A stretch of 64,000 nucleotides of DNA from Piromyces finnis finn (Eukaryota > Fungi > Neocallimastigomycota). A program made the translations under genes and the position numbers. The notes beneath the pieces were generated by a model that was not told the DNA's origin, made no database searches, and was given only the letters and a program-made list of their open reading frames with translations. The stretch covers positions 992,001 through 1,056,000 of the forward strand of contig MCFH01000001.1 of the NCBI GenBank assembly GCA_002104945.1. The letters run 5' to 3'. Below, piece after piece: positions 42,327-55,666 of this stretch. Each line of letters starts with the position of its first letter. Position 1 is the first letter of the stretch.

Positions 42327-45300
42327 ATGTCATTTTTTGGTTTTGATACTTCTCTTCCTCCTTTAGATATGGGTAAGATGGATTTATCTAAGGAGGAAAA
42401 AAATAATGTTGACCAAGATTTAGAAACCTTTGGATTAAAGGAAAATCCAATTTTAGATGATGATGATGAATTAAATAATGAAACTTTTGGTGCAGCTGCT
42501 GATGTTGATAAAATAGGTAAAAAGAAAGAAAGAGATAAAAAATATTAATTATTAGTAGAATCTTTGCAAATAATATATATATATATATAATTATTAAATA
42601 TCAAATAATTTTTTTTTAAAAATAATAGATAGAGATTTTGATTTTACAGCAGGAAATTCTTTTTTTGAAAAACAAATGGAAGGTAGATATAACTCTTATA
42701 AATTGTTATAGTATAATTACGTTTTAGTCACCTAATATATTTATTTCTATTCAACAATTCAAAAGGACAAGACAAAGGTTTAGGAAATCAAAATTTAAAT
42801 AGTTCAAAAAGTTCAATAAATAACGACCAAATTTTAGGAAGACAAAATGTTATGAAATCGGCCTCTGATATTTTAAATGAACGAGTAATTATTTTTTTTC
42901 CCTATCTATCCTATATCATGATACAACTTGTTATTCCTAACTAAAAAAATTTATGTATTTATATTAACGATAGATTTGGAATCAATTCAATGGAAACATC
43001 AATTTTTCTGGTAATTATATATAAATAGGCATAGGCTAATAAAAATTTATTTAATGGAAAAATAATTAATTATTTTATTATTTATACTACTATTTTAAAG
43101 AAGAACAAAATAATGCTAATTCTATGACTAATGCATTTGATTATAATAAATATAAAAATACTTCATTATCCCAAATTGAATCAAAAATGATGCTAGAAAA
43201 TCAAATGTCTAATTTCTCACCACTTCAAATGCAACAAAATATACAAATGGCCAACTATTTAAAGTCACCAAAATTAGGAATGGACCCTAATTCCATGACT
43301 CCACAACAATTCCAACAACTTCAAAAACAATTACAACAACAACAATTACAGCAAATTCAAAAACATCTTCAACAACAACAACAGCAACAACAACAACAAC
43401 AACAAATGCAATTCCAACAATTCCAACAGCTTCAACAACAACAGCTTCAACAACAACAACTTCAACAACTTCATCAATTACAACAAGCAAGATTTGTTAA
43501 CGAAATTGAAAAACAACAACATTTACCAGTTCCTCAACCACCAAAGGTTGATCAACATCGTGTATTAAATCTTGAAGAATTAGAAGCTTCCTTTAGAGCT
43601 CAAACCATTTCTAATATGCCAAATCCAGTGAACGCTCCACCAATGCCAATGCCATTCCCAGGTCCAAATGATAATATGAACTTGCAAGCTTTCATTGCAT
43701 TACAACAACAACAACAACAACAACAACAGCTTCAACAACTTCAACAGCAACGTCATTTACAACAACTTCAACTTCAACAACAACAACAATTCCAACATCA
43801 ACAACAATTTCAACAACAACAACAACAACAAAAGCAACAAAACTTTCAACAAAAGCAATTTCAACAAAAGCCATTAAATCAAGAAAACCAACAATTCCAA
43901 AATCGTATGCAAAACCAAAAGCAATATAACAATAGGTATAATAGACAATATCAAAATAACAATAACAATAATAATAATAACTATTATTATCAAAAAAACC
44001 GTGACCAACGTAACTCTAATGATTTTGAAAAAAAGAGGTAACTATTCTAGTTGTAGTAATAAAAATAGGAACATGATAAATTTTTGTGAATTCTTTATAG
44101 AATTCTCTATACCAATAATAAAAACAAAAATTTATATACTTGTTAAATATATTTACTAAAAATAATAAATTATATATTTGTTTATTGAATACTATGTATA
44201 TAAAATTATTCAATCCATCCTATTTTCAAACCCTTCTTTATTTAATCATCAAAAATAAAATGAATATTCATAATATTATCAATAATGATAATGGAAAATG
44301 ATAATAATAATGATAAAAAAAATTATTTTTTATTCAAAGGACGAATATAGTGGTTTAATGACAAGAAAGGAAAAAGAATTAATTGCTAAAATTCAAATTT
44401 CACAATTAATTACTGATGATCCATATTCCGACGATTTCTATTATCAAATGTTTACAGAGAAAAAGAATAATGAAAATCAAGGTGAAACTAAGCTTAACTG
44501 GCAACAAACCTATTTAATGAAACAAGGAAAAGGTGGTAACTTGTCATCACAAATGCAACAACAAGTTCAACATCTTATTGATGGAAGAAAACAAAAGCCA
44601 AAAAATACTCAGTGTATGTTTTTTTTTTTTTTTTTATTTTATTTTATTTTAATCCTACTACAGTATAACTATGTATATGAAAAAAAAAAAAAAAAATGGA
44701 TGTGATCCATAGTTGAGATAAATTAATATTTATATATATATTTATTTAATTATAGTTTCATTAGAAGGTGCCTTGGGTAAAATTGCCTTGAATTCTGTTC
44801 GTAATCCAAAACAATTATTACAAGTCAATAAGGATAAAGATTCTGTAAGTTTGACCTTTAAAAAAAAAAAACAGATTATTTTAAAAGATTTTATTTTCTA
44901 TTGTATTTCAAGTCAACTATTAATTAATGGCTATTTTCTATATAAAATTTTAATTTTTCAAATATTTATAATGGTTATTTTTCCTATGCATTTTTCCTGA
45001 ATGTTATTATACAGTCCAAGAAGGCTTCAGCCAATTCCTCTGAGCAACCACAAACCACTAGATTAGCACATTACAAAACATTAGCCTCTATAGAAAATGT
45101 ATATACCTATGTATTACAATTAGAACAAAAGGAAAGACAAAAGAATTTAAAGAAAGAACAATCAACTGATAATGAAACTGATGCTAATGAAGAAGAAACT
45201 GAAGAAGAGTACCTATTCCACCCAATATATCCTATATTTGTTAATATAGTGTCATACCATAAACTAATATACTAATATAAAATATTTATATATATATTTT

Positions 45301-46579
45301 AATTCTATTTATTAGAAAACAAGAAAAAGAAAACCTTATAAATAAGATCTGGAATGAATTGAAGATTAAGGATGAAATACCATTAGAGTAAATTTTTTTT
45401 TTTTTTAATTTATTTTTAATTTTCAAGATTTTTTTTTTTCATCTATTATAAAAAAATTGACCGTTAACCTTTTAAAATTTTTCATAAAATTTATAGTAAA
45501 CCACATCCATTTGTACATTTCTTATCTTATTCAAAGGGTAAAAAGGTTATTCCACGTGTTTTACATTTCCTTTCAAAAGAACAATCCTTAGCCTTCTTAA
45601 ACTTATTATTACTTCGTTTGAATAGATTAGATGTTTGTGCCGATAATGCAGATCCAGTTGAAGTACCTATTGATATCAATTGATAAATAGTAGCTGTTGT
45701 TGTAATAAGCGATAGATTTCCAATTTTTTCTAATTTTTTTTTTTTTTATTTTACTTTTAATCCTTTGTTAGGTTGATTTATTTATTAATAGTGTTGTTCC
45801 ACCATTAGTAAACTTTTTATCAGAGATGCCATTATGTGTTATTAATGGTTGCTTTGGTATATTATTAAAGTGCTATAGCATGACTTGGATGGGTAAATGT
45901 AAAGTAGCCTTAGCCATTTTAACTGTCTTTTTAAGTAGAGCCGAAATTTTAAGACAAGATATTAGTAGTGAACCAACTATTGCTCCAAATATCCAAAAAG
46001 ATTTACAACAATGGTAACTAATTTAAATCTCTCTTTTTCTTTTTTTAAACATACCTTTATTTAAAAAAAAAAAAAAAAAAAAAAAAACATGCCCCATTCT
46101 AATTTTTATAAATCAACCTCTCTTTAGGTCTGAATTATATGATCACTTATTTAACCTTTTAAGAAACAATTTTGTTTCTTTATTCCCAGAAAATGGATCA
46201 GATCAAGATGATGTTTGTGTATGGCAATTCTTAGCCGCCATTGCTATTAGTGCTCAATCTATTGAATATCAAAAATCATTAGTTATGGAAGTCAGGTAAA
46301 CCATTAAATTTATAAATATTTTATCCTTTATTCCCTTTTAATAATTTATAATTAATCTATTAATTTTTTTTTATTATTATTATTTCTTTTCTTTTGACTA
46401 ATTTATAATTCATATATCCATTTTTCCCCCTTTCCCTCTCCATTTTTATGTGTAACAGAGAAAAGGTGTTTGAAACGATAAAGAGTGTTGATAATGAACA
46501 AGGATTAGTTAATGTCAACTTATTTTTACATGCATTAGGTATTGATGCTTCACAAATAGAATTAGAATCTTCAGCATGA
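42327..46579 (+). CDS. PAT1: mRNA decapping activator Pat1, multi-exon, with poly-Q mid-region
   Basis: MSFFGFDTSLPP, DELNNETFG, LEELEA, YSGLMTRKEKELIAKIQISQL..DPYSDDFYYQ, SLEGALGKI...SVRNPKQLL, LSYSKGKKVIPR, WQFLAAIA and VNLFLHALGID. Confidence 0.93.
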
Positions 46580-47244
46580 TTTTAAACCTACCATCTATAA
46601 ATTATTTAACATTTTTATAAACTTTTTTTTTTTTTAAAAAAAAAAAAGGTAAAAAAAAAAAAAAAAAAAAAAAATTAATCTATAAAGTTGTTTTAAACTT
46701 TTTATGTATACATATAATGTATATATATAGATATTAGAATGAATTATTTTTCTTTGATATAAATTAGCACTATTTTTTCTTTCTTATTTTAACCTTTCAA
46801 CTTTTTTTTTTTTTTAACCACCAATTATACTTTTACTCTTAATCATTCCAAGAGTAAAAGTTCTTTTTTTTTTTTTTTCAGTATAAATATTAATATATTA
46901 TTATACGAAATTATATTATTTTTTTATTTTCATTCTTTCCATTTATTTTTATATTTTTTTTTTTCATTTTCTAGTTTATTTTTTTTTTTTTACTTTAATG
47001 TTGAATTTTAATGAAAGAAAGAAAGAAAGAATCAAAGAAAAGAAAAAAGTTTACAATGACAACAATAATAATTATCACCATAATAATAACCATATGATAT
47101 CATTATTCATCATCCTAATTCTAAAGAATATATTGAAAAAAAGCAAAATACTGTTATATTTATATAAAATAATAATAGCATTAATAATAATAATAAAAAA
47201 AATGAATAGTTTATTACAAAAAAAAATTACAAAAAAAAAATTAC

Positions 47245-47275
<31 letters not shown>

Positions 47276-47282
47276 AAAATAA

Positions 47283-47320
<38 letters not shown>

Positions 47321-49150
47321 TTCACTTTTTTTTTTTATGAAAAGATCAACCTTTTAAGTGTCAAGTTTATTTTTTTAATAGATATCATCCAGAGGATAAT
47401 ATAAAAAAAAAACCTTACATTCTTTAAAGCAAATTATAGAAAATGGTATGTAATATTTGACCAAATATTTATTTCTAAAAAGCATTTGAAATTACCATAA
47501 AAAAAAAAAAAAAAAAAAAAAAAGAGAGAGAGAGATAGAGTATTTAATACTTTTTTTTTTAATTATCAAGTGTTTGGGATAAAATACATAAAAAATTAGC
47601 ATTTAATTTTTTTTATACCATATATTCTAAATAAACATTTCAAAAAAAAAAAGTTTTATGTTTTATTTCTATACCCATTTATTTCTTTTTATTTTTCATT
47701 AATATTTAAAAAATTCAAAAATGTTTAGGTCAATAATCCAACAATGCAACGTTTTTTTTTTTTTTAAAATTTCACAACTTGATGTTTTATACATCGTTAA
47801 AAAAAAACACTTTTTTAAAAAAGACATCAAAAAAAAAAAAATTAAATTAAATTTAGTATCAAATTTTAATTGGACAAATTCCCAAAAATAGATTTTTAAT
47901 TAATATCAAAAGAGAAAAAAAAATCTAAAAATAAAACACTTTTTTTTTTTTTTTGTAAATGAAATTAAACCTTTCTATTGTTAACTTTTAATAAACTGTT
48001 CATCTTTATTTTTTCCACTTAATTATGAACCTATTGATTTTTTTTTTTTTTTTAGTTATAGAAATTGTTTGGAAAAAATAATTTTACACCACCCACCACC
48101 ACCATCTTTTTTTTTTCTTTGGCTCTATTCAATAGACATAAATTTATAAAGTTTCATCATAAATCTATTCAAATTTCTGTTTGTTGACACATGTTAATCT
48201 CATAAACACGGTATAATCATGGGATATCATTGGATGGAGACTTTAAAATATTTTTTAAAATTTGAAATTAAAATGATAAATTACTTGGTAATATAAATAA
48301 AATTATATTAATAGAGTATATTATAATATGTTTGTGTAATATATTATTAATTTATTATTATTATAAACGATTATTGAAACTATTATATTTTAATATATAA
48401 CATTGTATATATTATGTTTATATTGTAATATATATTAATAGTTTAATCTTAATATCTTTTTAATAAAAAAAAAGGTTTTATATCAACAATATATTTAATA
48501 TATTGCATTTATATTAAAAAGTCCAAATTTATATTGAAATAAATAGTATATATTAAATAATATATGGAAATAAATAGTAAACATAATATATTGTTTAAAT
48601 TTATTATCAAAAGATATGAAAAGGAATTTATGAATAAAAAATTCTAATGATTATCAAATTTGGGAAAAGAAAAAAAAAGGCATAAAATAAAAAAGGCATA
48701 AAATAAAAAACAAATAATTTTTAATAATAAAAAAAATTTTTTTTTTTTTAAAAATATTAAACCTTTTCAATTTAAAAAAAAAAAAAAGGCACCATTGAAA
48801 GTGTCAATTTAAAAGGAAAAAAAAAAGAAATTTTACTTTGCAATCAAGCAAAAGAAGGCAAAGTTTTTATAAAAAAAAGAACAAACAAACAACAAAAAAA
48901 TTTTCTTTTTCTTTTTTTTTTTTAAATTTCTTCAAAAATAAAAAAAATTTAAAAAAAAAAAAGGAAAGAAAAAGGAAAGAAAAGAAATTTTAAATAAAAA
49001 TAGAAAAATCAGAAATAATAAAGGAATTTTCTTGTTTTTTTTTTTTTTTTTTTAATTTTTTCTCATTGAGTGAAAAATAAAAGTTTTACCATTAATAAAT
49101 TTTCAATAAAAAAAACCCCCAGTACTCTCTTAATACAAAAAAAAAAAAAA

Positions 49151-50197
49151 ATGTTTTTCGATAAATTTTCAAGAAAAAACGAACATAATAACGATATTGT
49201 AGATTACTCTTTTTTACAAACTAAAAATACAATTAGTGAAGATGAAAAAGAAGATGATAATTCACAAAAAGGTAGTTTAATACTAATTTCAGATACTCCA
49301 GAAGTTTTAGGTCCACCAACCAGAAGTCATTGGAAGGTAAAAATAAAATAGTTAAAAAAAAAAATAGTTATTAAGCCTTTCATTGTTATTATTTATCGTT
49401 GAAATTTCAATTTCTTTTTATATATTATTTTTATTTATTTTATGTTGTTGGAAATTTCATTTTCAATTATATATATAATATATTTTTATTTATACTATTA
49501 TTAAAAAAAAAAATTAATTTCATTTTTTATAATTCCTATTTTCTATTTTTCTATTAGCCTGATTCTGAAGTAAAAGCATGTGCTGCTTGTCATAGACCAT
49601 TTACTTTTATTAATAGAAGACATCATTGTCGTAGATGTGGGGATATCTTTTGTAATCAATGTGCCAGCTATACCTTCCGTTTAGATAGAAATTGTAAAAT
49701 TGATTCAAAAGGTGTTTTATCAAGAGTTTGTAGAAGTTGTTATAATATTTATCAAAAGGAAGTGATATCTCAAATAAGAGACTCTGATAATAGATTTAAA
49801 AGTAGAGGTGGAAATTCATTATACAGTAGAGGTAAATATCAACACTATTTTTTTTTATATAAAAAAAAAAAAAGAGGTTAATTTAAGAAAAGAAAAATTT
49901 TTGATATTTACTCGTATTATCCTATTATATAATTTGTACTCAAAATAGAATACAGTAATTATAGTAGTTATAATAATCCACCAGCTGCTCTTCATAGCAG
50001 TAATACAACTGCAAATATTCCAATTGTTAATCCACCACAAAGTAAGAATACAAATAGAAATAATATTTTCTTTTTTAAATAATTGTGCTGGAAAAAAAAT
50101 ACTTAATTTTATTAAATTAATTAAATTTTTAGGAAATGATACAACTCCAGCAACACTTATGTCAGTACCAAGTGATTGGTCATGGAGTACTTTTTAA
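49151..50197 (+). CDS. Small FYVE zinc-finger (PI3P-binding) protein, about 4 exons
   Basis: PTRSHWKPD (WxxD), CAAC, RRHHCRRCG, FCNQC and SRVCRSC. The C-terminus is VPSDWSWSTF*. Confidence 0.88.
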
Positions 50198-51285
50198 GTT
50201 ATCAAAAAAATACATCAAACACCTTTTAAAAAAAAAAAAACTACCTTTTATATCGTTTTATCATCACACACACTCACATACACATTATCACAACAACAAT
50301 TATTCAGTAATTTTAATTACAATTAGATTTTAATGATTCATCTATGAAAAAAATTTTAATATTTATTTAATGTTGGAAAAAAAAGGAAAAAAAAAAAAAG
50401 TATGTATTTATAAAGTTTTTTTTATTAGTTTATAGAAGTTTTTTTTATGTTTATATAAAAATACTAAACAACATCTTATTCGTATGGATAATGGTAATAA
50501 TAATAATACTTTATTTTTTAATACTTCTGGAACTGTTAAAAAAAAAAGAAATTTTTTATTTTATTATATTATTATTTTTTCCTACAATAATTCCTTTTTT
50601 TTTTTTTTTTTTTTCATTCTTTCTTTAATAATTCAATTTTTTTATTAAAAAAAAAAAAAAGCATTTTGACCTACTTTTTTTAAATAAAAATATTAAAAAA
50701 AAAAATAAAATATTTTATTTTTTAAAAATGTAATTATAGATAAAAATAAATATTTTTATTTAAAACTTGAAAATATCTTTTTTTTCCAAAAATAAAATAA
50801 AATAAATAATACAATTAATAATACAATTATAAAAAAAAATAAAAAGAAAGAATTAAAAAAAATAAAAATAAATTTAAAATATTCATGTTTAAAAAAAAAA
50901 AAATTGAATAATAAAATGAATTCAAAGCTGTGTGTAGTGTTAATTTTTTTTTTTTTATAAGTATGACTTGCTACCACCACCACCACCACCTGAATCATGA
51001 GTAGCAACAAGGAATAATTAACTTTAAAAAAAGCTTTTTGTAATGAATTTCATTGTTAAACGTAACACAGAAAAAAATAAATTATTTTATGGATTCTTTA
51101 AAAAAAAATTAATTTTTTTTTTTTTTTTTTTTTTTTCAATTTAAATAAATTTTATAATTTTTTTTAAAAAGAAAAAAAAAGTATTCAACACTATTTATCA
51201 GTAGAGTCCTCTTTAGTGTATTTTTTAAAAGAAAAAAGTATAGAAAATAAAAAAATTTTTTTTTTTTTAACAAAGACTAATAATA

Positions 51286-53008
51286 ATGAGCAGGAACGAT
51301 AACAACGAAATTATTAATGACATTGAAGGTACAACAACCACTATTTTATTAATGTATCCTACATTATTAAAAAAAAAAAAAAAAATTGGTTTTTTCATAT
51401 TAAAACTATAAAGTATTGACATTTATTTTTCTATTCCTATTCATTTAAAAGACTATGTAAAACAAGATATAAAAAAGAATGATTCATCCCATGTAAATTC
51501 AAATTTTTGAAATTTTTATTATTTTTTTTTTTTTTTAATAAATTCATTGTTAAATTTATTATTATCATTATTATTATTTTAATAAAGGATTGGCATCATA
51601 TATTAAGAGTTAAAAACTTGTCTTATACCATAGCAAAAAACGAAATAAATTCAGGAAAAAATATCAATTTATTTATTGTGGTAGCCATTGCATTACTTCA
51701 TGAAACCATTGACTCAAAAGTATTTACATTATTCTTTATAGTTATTAAAGACAATAATAATAATAATAATAGTAATATATATAATAATTATATTTATTTT
51801 TTATAAAAAAAATCTAAATATATACTTATAACTTTAATAATTCCATTTGTATTGGACTTTCACCCTTTATTATAAAATTTGGGAATTTTGCTATTCCATT
51901 TGAAATGTCAAATAAAAAAAAAATTTTTTTATATATACATATGGATATAAAAGTATTGTCAAAAGTAGAGTATAAAAAAAATTTTTTTTTATTCTTTTCT
52001 AAATAATGGTTCATTTTGGGTAATAATAAAACGTATCATCTACTCTTTTTATTAATAATTTATATTTTTCCTATTATTATAAATAGTATTCAAGATAAAA
52101 TAAAAGAAATAAGAACCTTTTTATCTTTGAAACAAATTAAAAATGAAGCTATTGACCTAATCATAAATGGTATAAATAATATATCTTATCGAAAAGAAAT
52201 TGGAAAATTAAGCAAAGAACAGGAAATAAATTTAGAAATAGCCATTGTTCAAGATGCAGATAGTAAGTTTTTATATAATATATATATGTATATTCACTTT
52301 ATAATTCAAAAGACAATTTAATATAAAATGAATAAGAATAAATAATAATTTATATCTAAAAAAAATAATAATAAATAAATAAATTATATATATCTCTATC
52401 AATATATTAGAATTAGATGCCATGGGTGCTATAGGTAATATATTGCTATCTATTATGCTATATATTAAAAATTTTTATATATATACTATTCTTACTATAA
52501 ATTTAAAAAAAAAAAAAAAGGTATTTCAAGATGTCTAGCGTATTCAGGAGCAAAATCAAGACCATTTTACGATCCAGATATTCCTCCAAAAATTAATATG
52601 ACACAAGAAGAATATATAACACAATCAAAGGCAAATCAAGGAACAGCAATTAATCATTTTTATGGTAGGTGTTTTTTAATGAATTTAAAAAAAAAAAGTT
52701 AAAATATTTTTATATAAAATTTTATTAAAAAAAAACTTTTCTATCTTATACTATTTATTAAGTAATCCTTTGTTTGTAGTAATATTAACATTTTCTATTA
52801 TTTTTTTTTCTTTTCTCTTAAAAAAATTATATATATATAATATATATATATATGTGTATGTGTGTGTATGTGTGTACGGATAGAAAAATTGTTTAAATTA
52901 AAAGATATGATGAAAACTGATTATGGAAAAAAAATGGCAATTGAAAGGGATCAATACATGAGAGAATTTGTTGATCGTTTTATTAAAGAATATAATGGTT
53001 TAATATAA
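51286..53008 (+). CDS. HD-domain metal-dependent phosphohydrolase family protein (YpgQ/YedJ-like), many small exons
   Basis: SSHDWHHILRV, IALLHE, NISYRKE, AIVQDADKLDAMGAIGISR, TAINHFYEKLFKLKDMMKT..GKKMA. Includes a 24-nt exon at 52411-52434. Confidence 0.85.
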
Positions 53009-55286
53009 ATTAAAAATTAAAAAAGCGACAAGAAAAACAATAATAATAATAATTAATAGCAAAGATATACTTTTTTTTTTTTCATAAATCCTATATATAA
53101 AAATAAAAATAATAAGGTAGGATAGTTGAAAAAAAGTAATTTTTTTTATTAAATAATAATAAATGAATATAATTATACAAAAGGCAACTAAATGTTAAAA
53201 TAATTTCCAAAATATAAATTCTTATTATATTCTATAATATAAATAATAAAAGTATAAAATGGCTTAAAAAAAAAATATAAAAATTATCAATAAATATAAA
53301 ATTCTTTTTTTTTTATGTAATAATTCAATGCAAGATAGAATTAGATGTCATATCAAGAAAAAAGGCCCTTTTTTTTTAAATAAAATTTTATAATAATAAT
53401 AAAAAATAAAGAACCATCTGAATTTTTTTGAATTATTTTGTACCACTTTTTTATTTTGTCAGATGAAAATGGAAAAATAAATAAATAACCTAAATATTTA
53501 ATTAAAACTTTTCTCGTTTTTATTATTTATATACAAAAAAAAAAAAAGTTTCAATTTATTCTATAAAAGTTTTTTTTTTTTTTTTTATTGTTATTTATTT
53601 CATTTATTTTTTATCAATGTTATGAATAAATTAAAATTTGTTTCATTAAAATAAAAGAAACATTGCCATTTTCTTTTTTTTTTTTTTTTTTTTTGTATTT
53701 AATAAAAAATGTGCTTTAAAGTTATTAAACTATCCGATTAAAAATTATTCATCAACAATATACTAAAAAAAAAAAAAAATCATTAATATATTATACATTA
53801 GATTTTTTTTTTTTATCATTCTACAAAAAAAAATGTATATATTTATATAAAAATACACATCCATTAGAAAAAAATGTATGCATATGCATATCTATAACAT
53901 TTCCATATATTATATTTAAATATAAAAAAAAAATAATGTTGATTTTAATGGCTGAGTATTTATACCTTTTAATACTAATAGTAATTCATTTAAAGATATT
54001 AATAAAAAAAAAAAAATAACTACCTTCTTTAACCAAACATAAATCATATACAATTATAAAATAAATTTTATAAATTTGATCTATTCAATCTACTAAATAT
54101 ACGATAATTTGGAGAGATAAAAAAAAAAAAAGATATTTTAATTATCTAAAAATTAATATAACTCTTTACTCTTTATTAAAAATTTAAGATTATTTATTAC
54201 ACTTTATTTTGTACAAAATAGTTTTTTTTTTTTTACATTGAATAGATAGATTAAAATACATTAAAAATAAAGGATTGCAAAATAAAAACTGATAGAGATA
54301 AAAAATATATTCGTATTAGTTTCTATAATTTCTATAGGAATATACTTGGTTTATATATATATATATTTTATAAGCTATAAATACACGGATCCTTTTTATT
54401 ATTAATACTACTCTCCATAGTTTATCATCACACCCCAATATTAATCTTATTTGAATAGTTTTTTTTTAATAAACTATAATTTCCGTATATTTATCTGTAA
54501 ATATTAGCATGGCATCGTTAATCTCAACAAACATCAATATACATTTTTATATTTAAAATCTTTTTTTTTATATATAAAAAATATATCATCCGTAATTCCA
54601 TCTATAAATATTTTAATAAAAAAAAAATATTTTAATTTTAATCTAATTTTTAATTTATTTTTTTTGTATTACCAAAAAATAAAATAAAAAAATCTTCTTA
54701 TTTCATATATATACAATATATTAATTGTATATAAAGAATATATTTAAATTTTAATTATTTTTAAAATTTTGTATTGAATTCAATTAAAAAATAATATATT
54801 ATAAAATATATAAACTTTAAAAAAAAAGTGACAATAAAAATTAATAAAAAAAAAAAAAAAAGATACATTAAAAGAAATGAATTTGAAAATTCATATTTAA
54901 GAACATGAAAAGTCGTCTTTTTTTTTTTTCTTTTTTATTTGAATTCATTTGTTAATAAAAAAACTTTTTTAAATTCAATTGAATCCTTTTAAGGTGAAAA
55001 AGAAAAAAAAAATCAAAAGAGGATTTAAATTTATTTCAATTTTTTTTTTGTATCCCATATAAAGAGAGAATAAAAAGTAATTTTAAAAAGGAATAATAAA
55101 GATATTTAGATAAATAATAAAGAATTTAAAATAGATATAGTTTTAAAAAAAAAATAATAATAATAAAAATAAAAATTCTTTGTAATATCTTTAAACTTTA
55201 ATACTGACATATTCTTTTATTTTAAATATATATATTATAGTATAAAATAGTATTTAAATAGTATAATTTAAGTGTTGTAAAGAAAA

Positions 55287-55525
55287 ATGAATTTAAAAAT
55301 AATTTCATTGGTATATGCTTTATTAAGTCTTCATAAGGCCTCTTCTTTTCCACTGAATAAACGTTCTTGTGAAAAAACTTATAATGTAATAAAGGGTGAT
55401 ACTTGTTATAATATTTGGAAAAAATATGGTTTAACCGAAACAGAATTTAAAAATTTAAATTTGGGTATGTAAAAAAAAAAAAAAAAAGTTGATGTGTGTA
55501 ATATTAACAAAAGGTCCTAATAATG

Positions 55526-55566
<41 letters not shown>

Positions 55567-55635
55567 AATTTCTTTTTTTTTTTACTATTAACTATTATTA
55601 TTATTAAAACTTTATTTTTTAATTTATTCTTTCAA

Positions 55636-55666
<31 letters not shown>

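Noticed and set aside
48080-48245. Slightly GC-richer island as a possible ncRNA or small exon
   Set aside because: There are no paired C/D or H/ACA boxes, no tRNA fold and no convincing ORF or splice context.
51826-52014. Minus-strand ORF ending GIAKFPNFIIKGESPIQMELL (weak DsbA-like look)
   Set aside because: It lies in an intron of the HD gene, is mostly low complexity, and has no CXXC or supporting exons.
54503-54513. ATTAGCATGGC match to U6 snRNA
   Set aside because: Only 11 nt match; the ACAGAGA box and the rest of U6 are absent.
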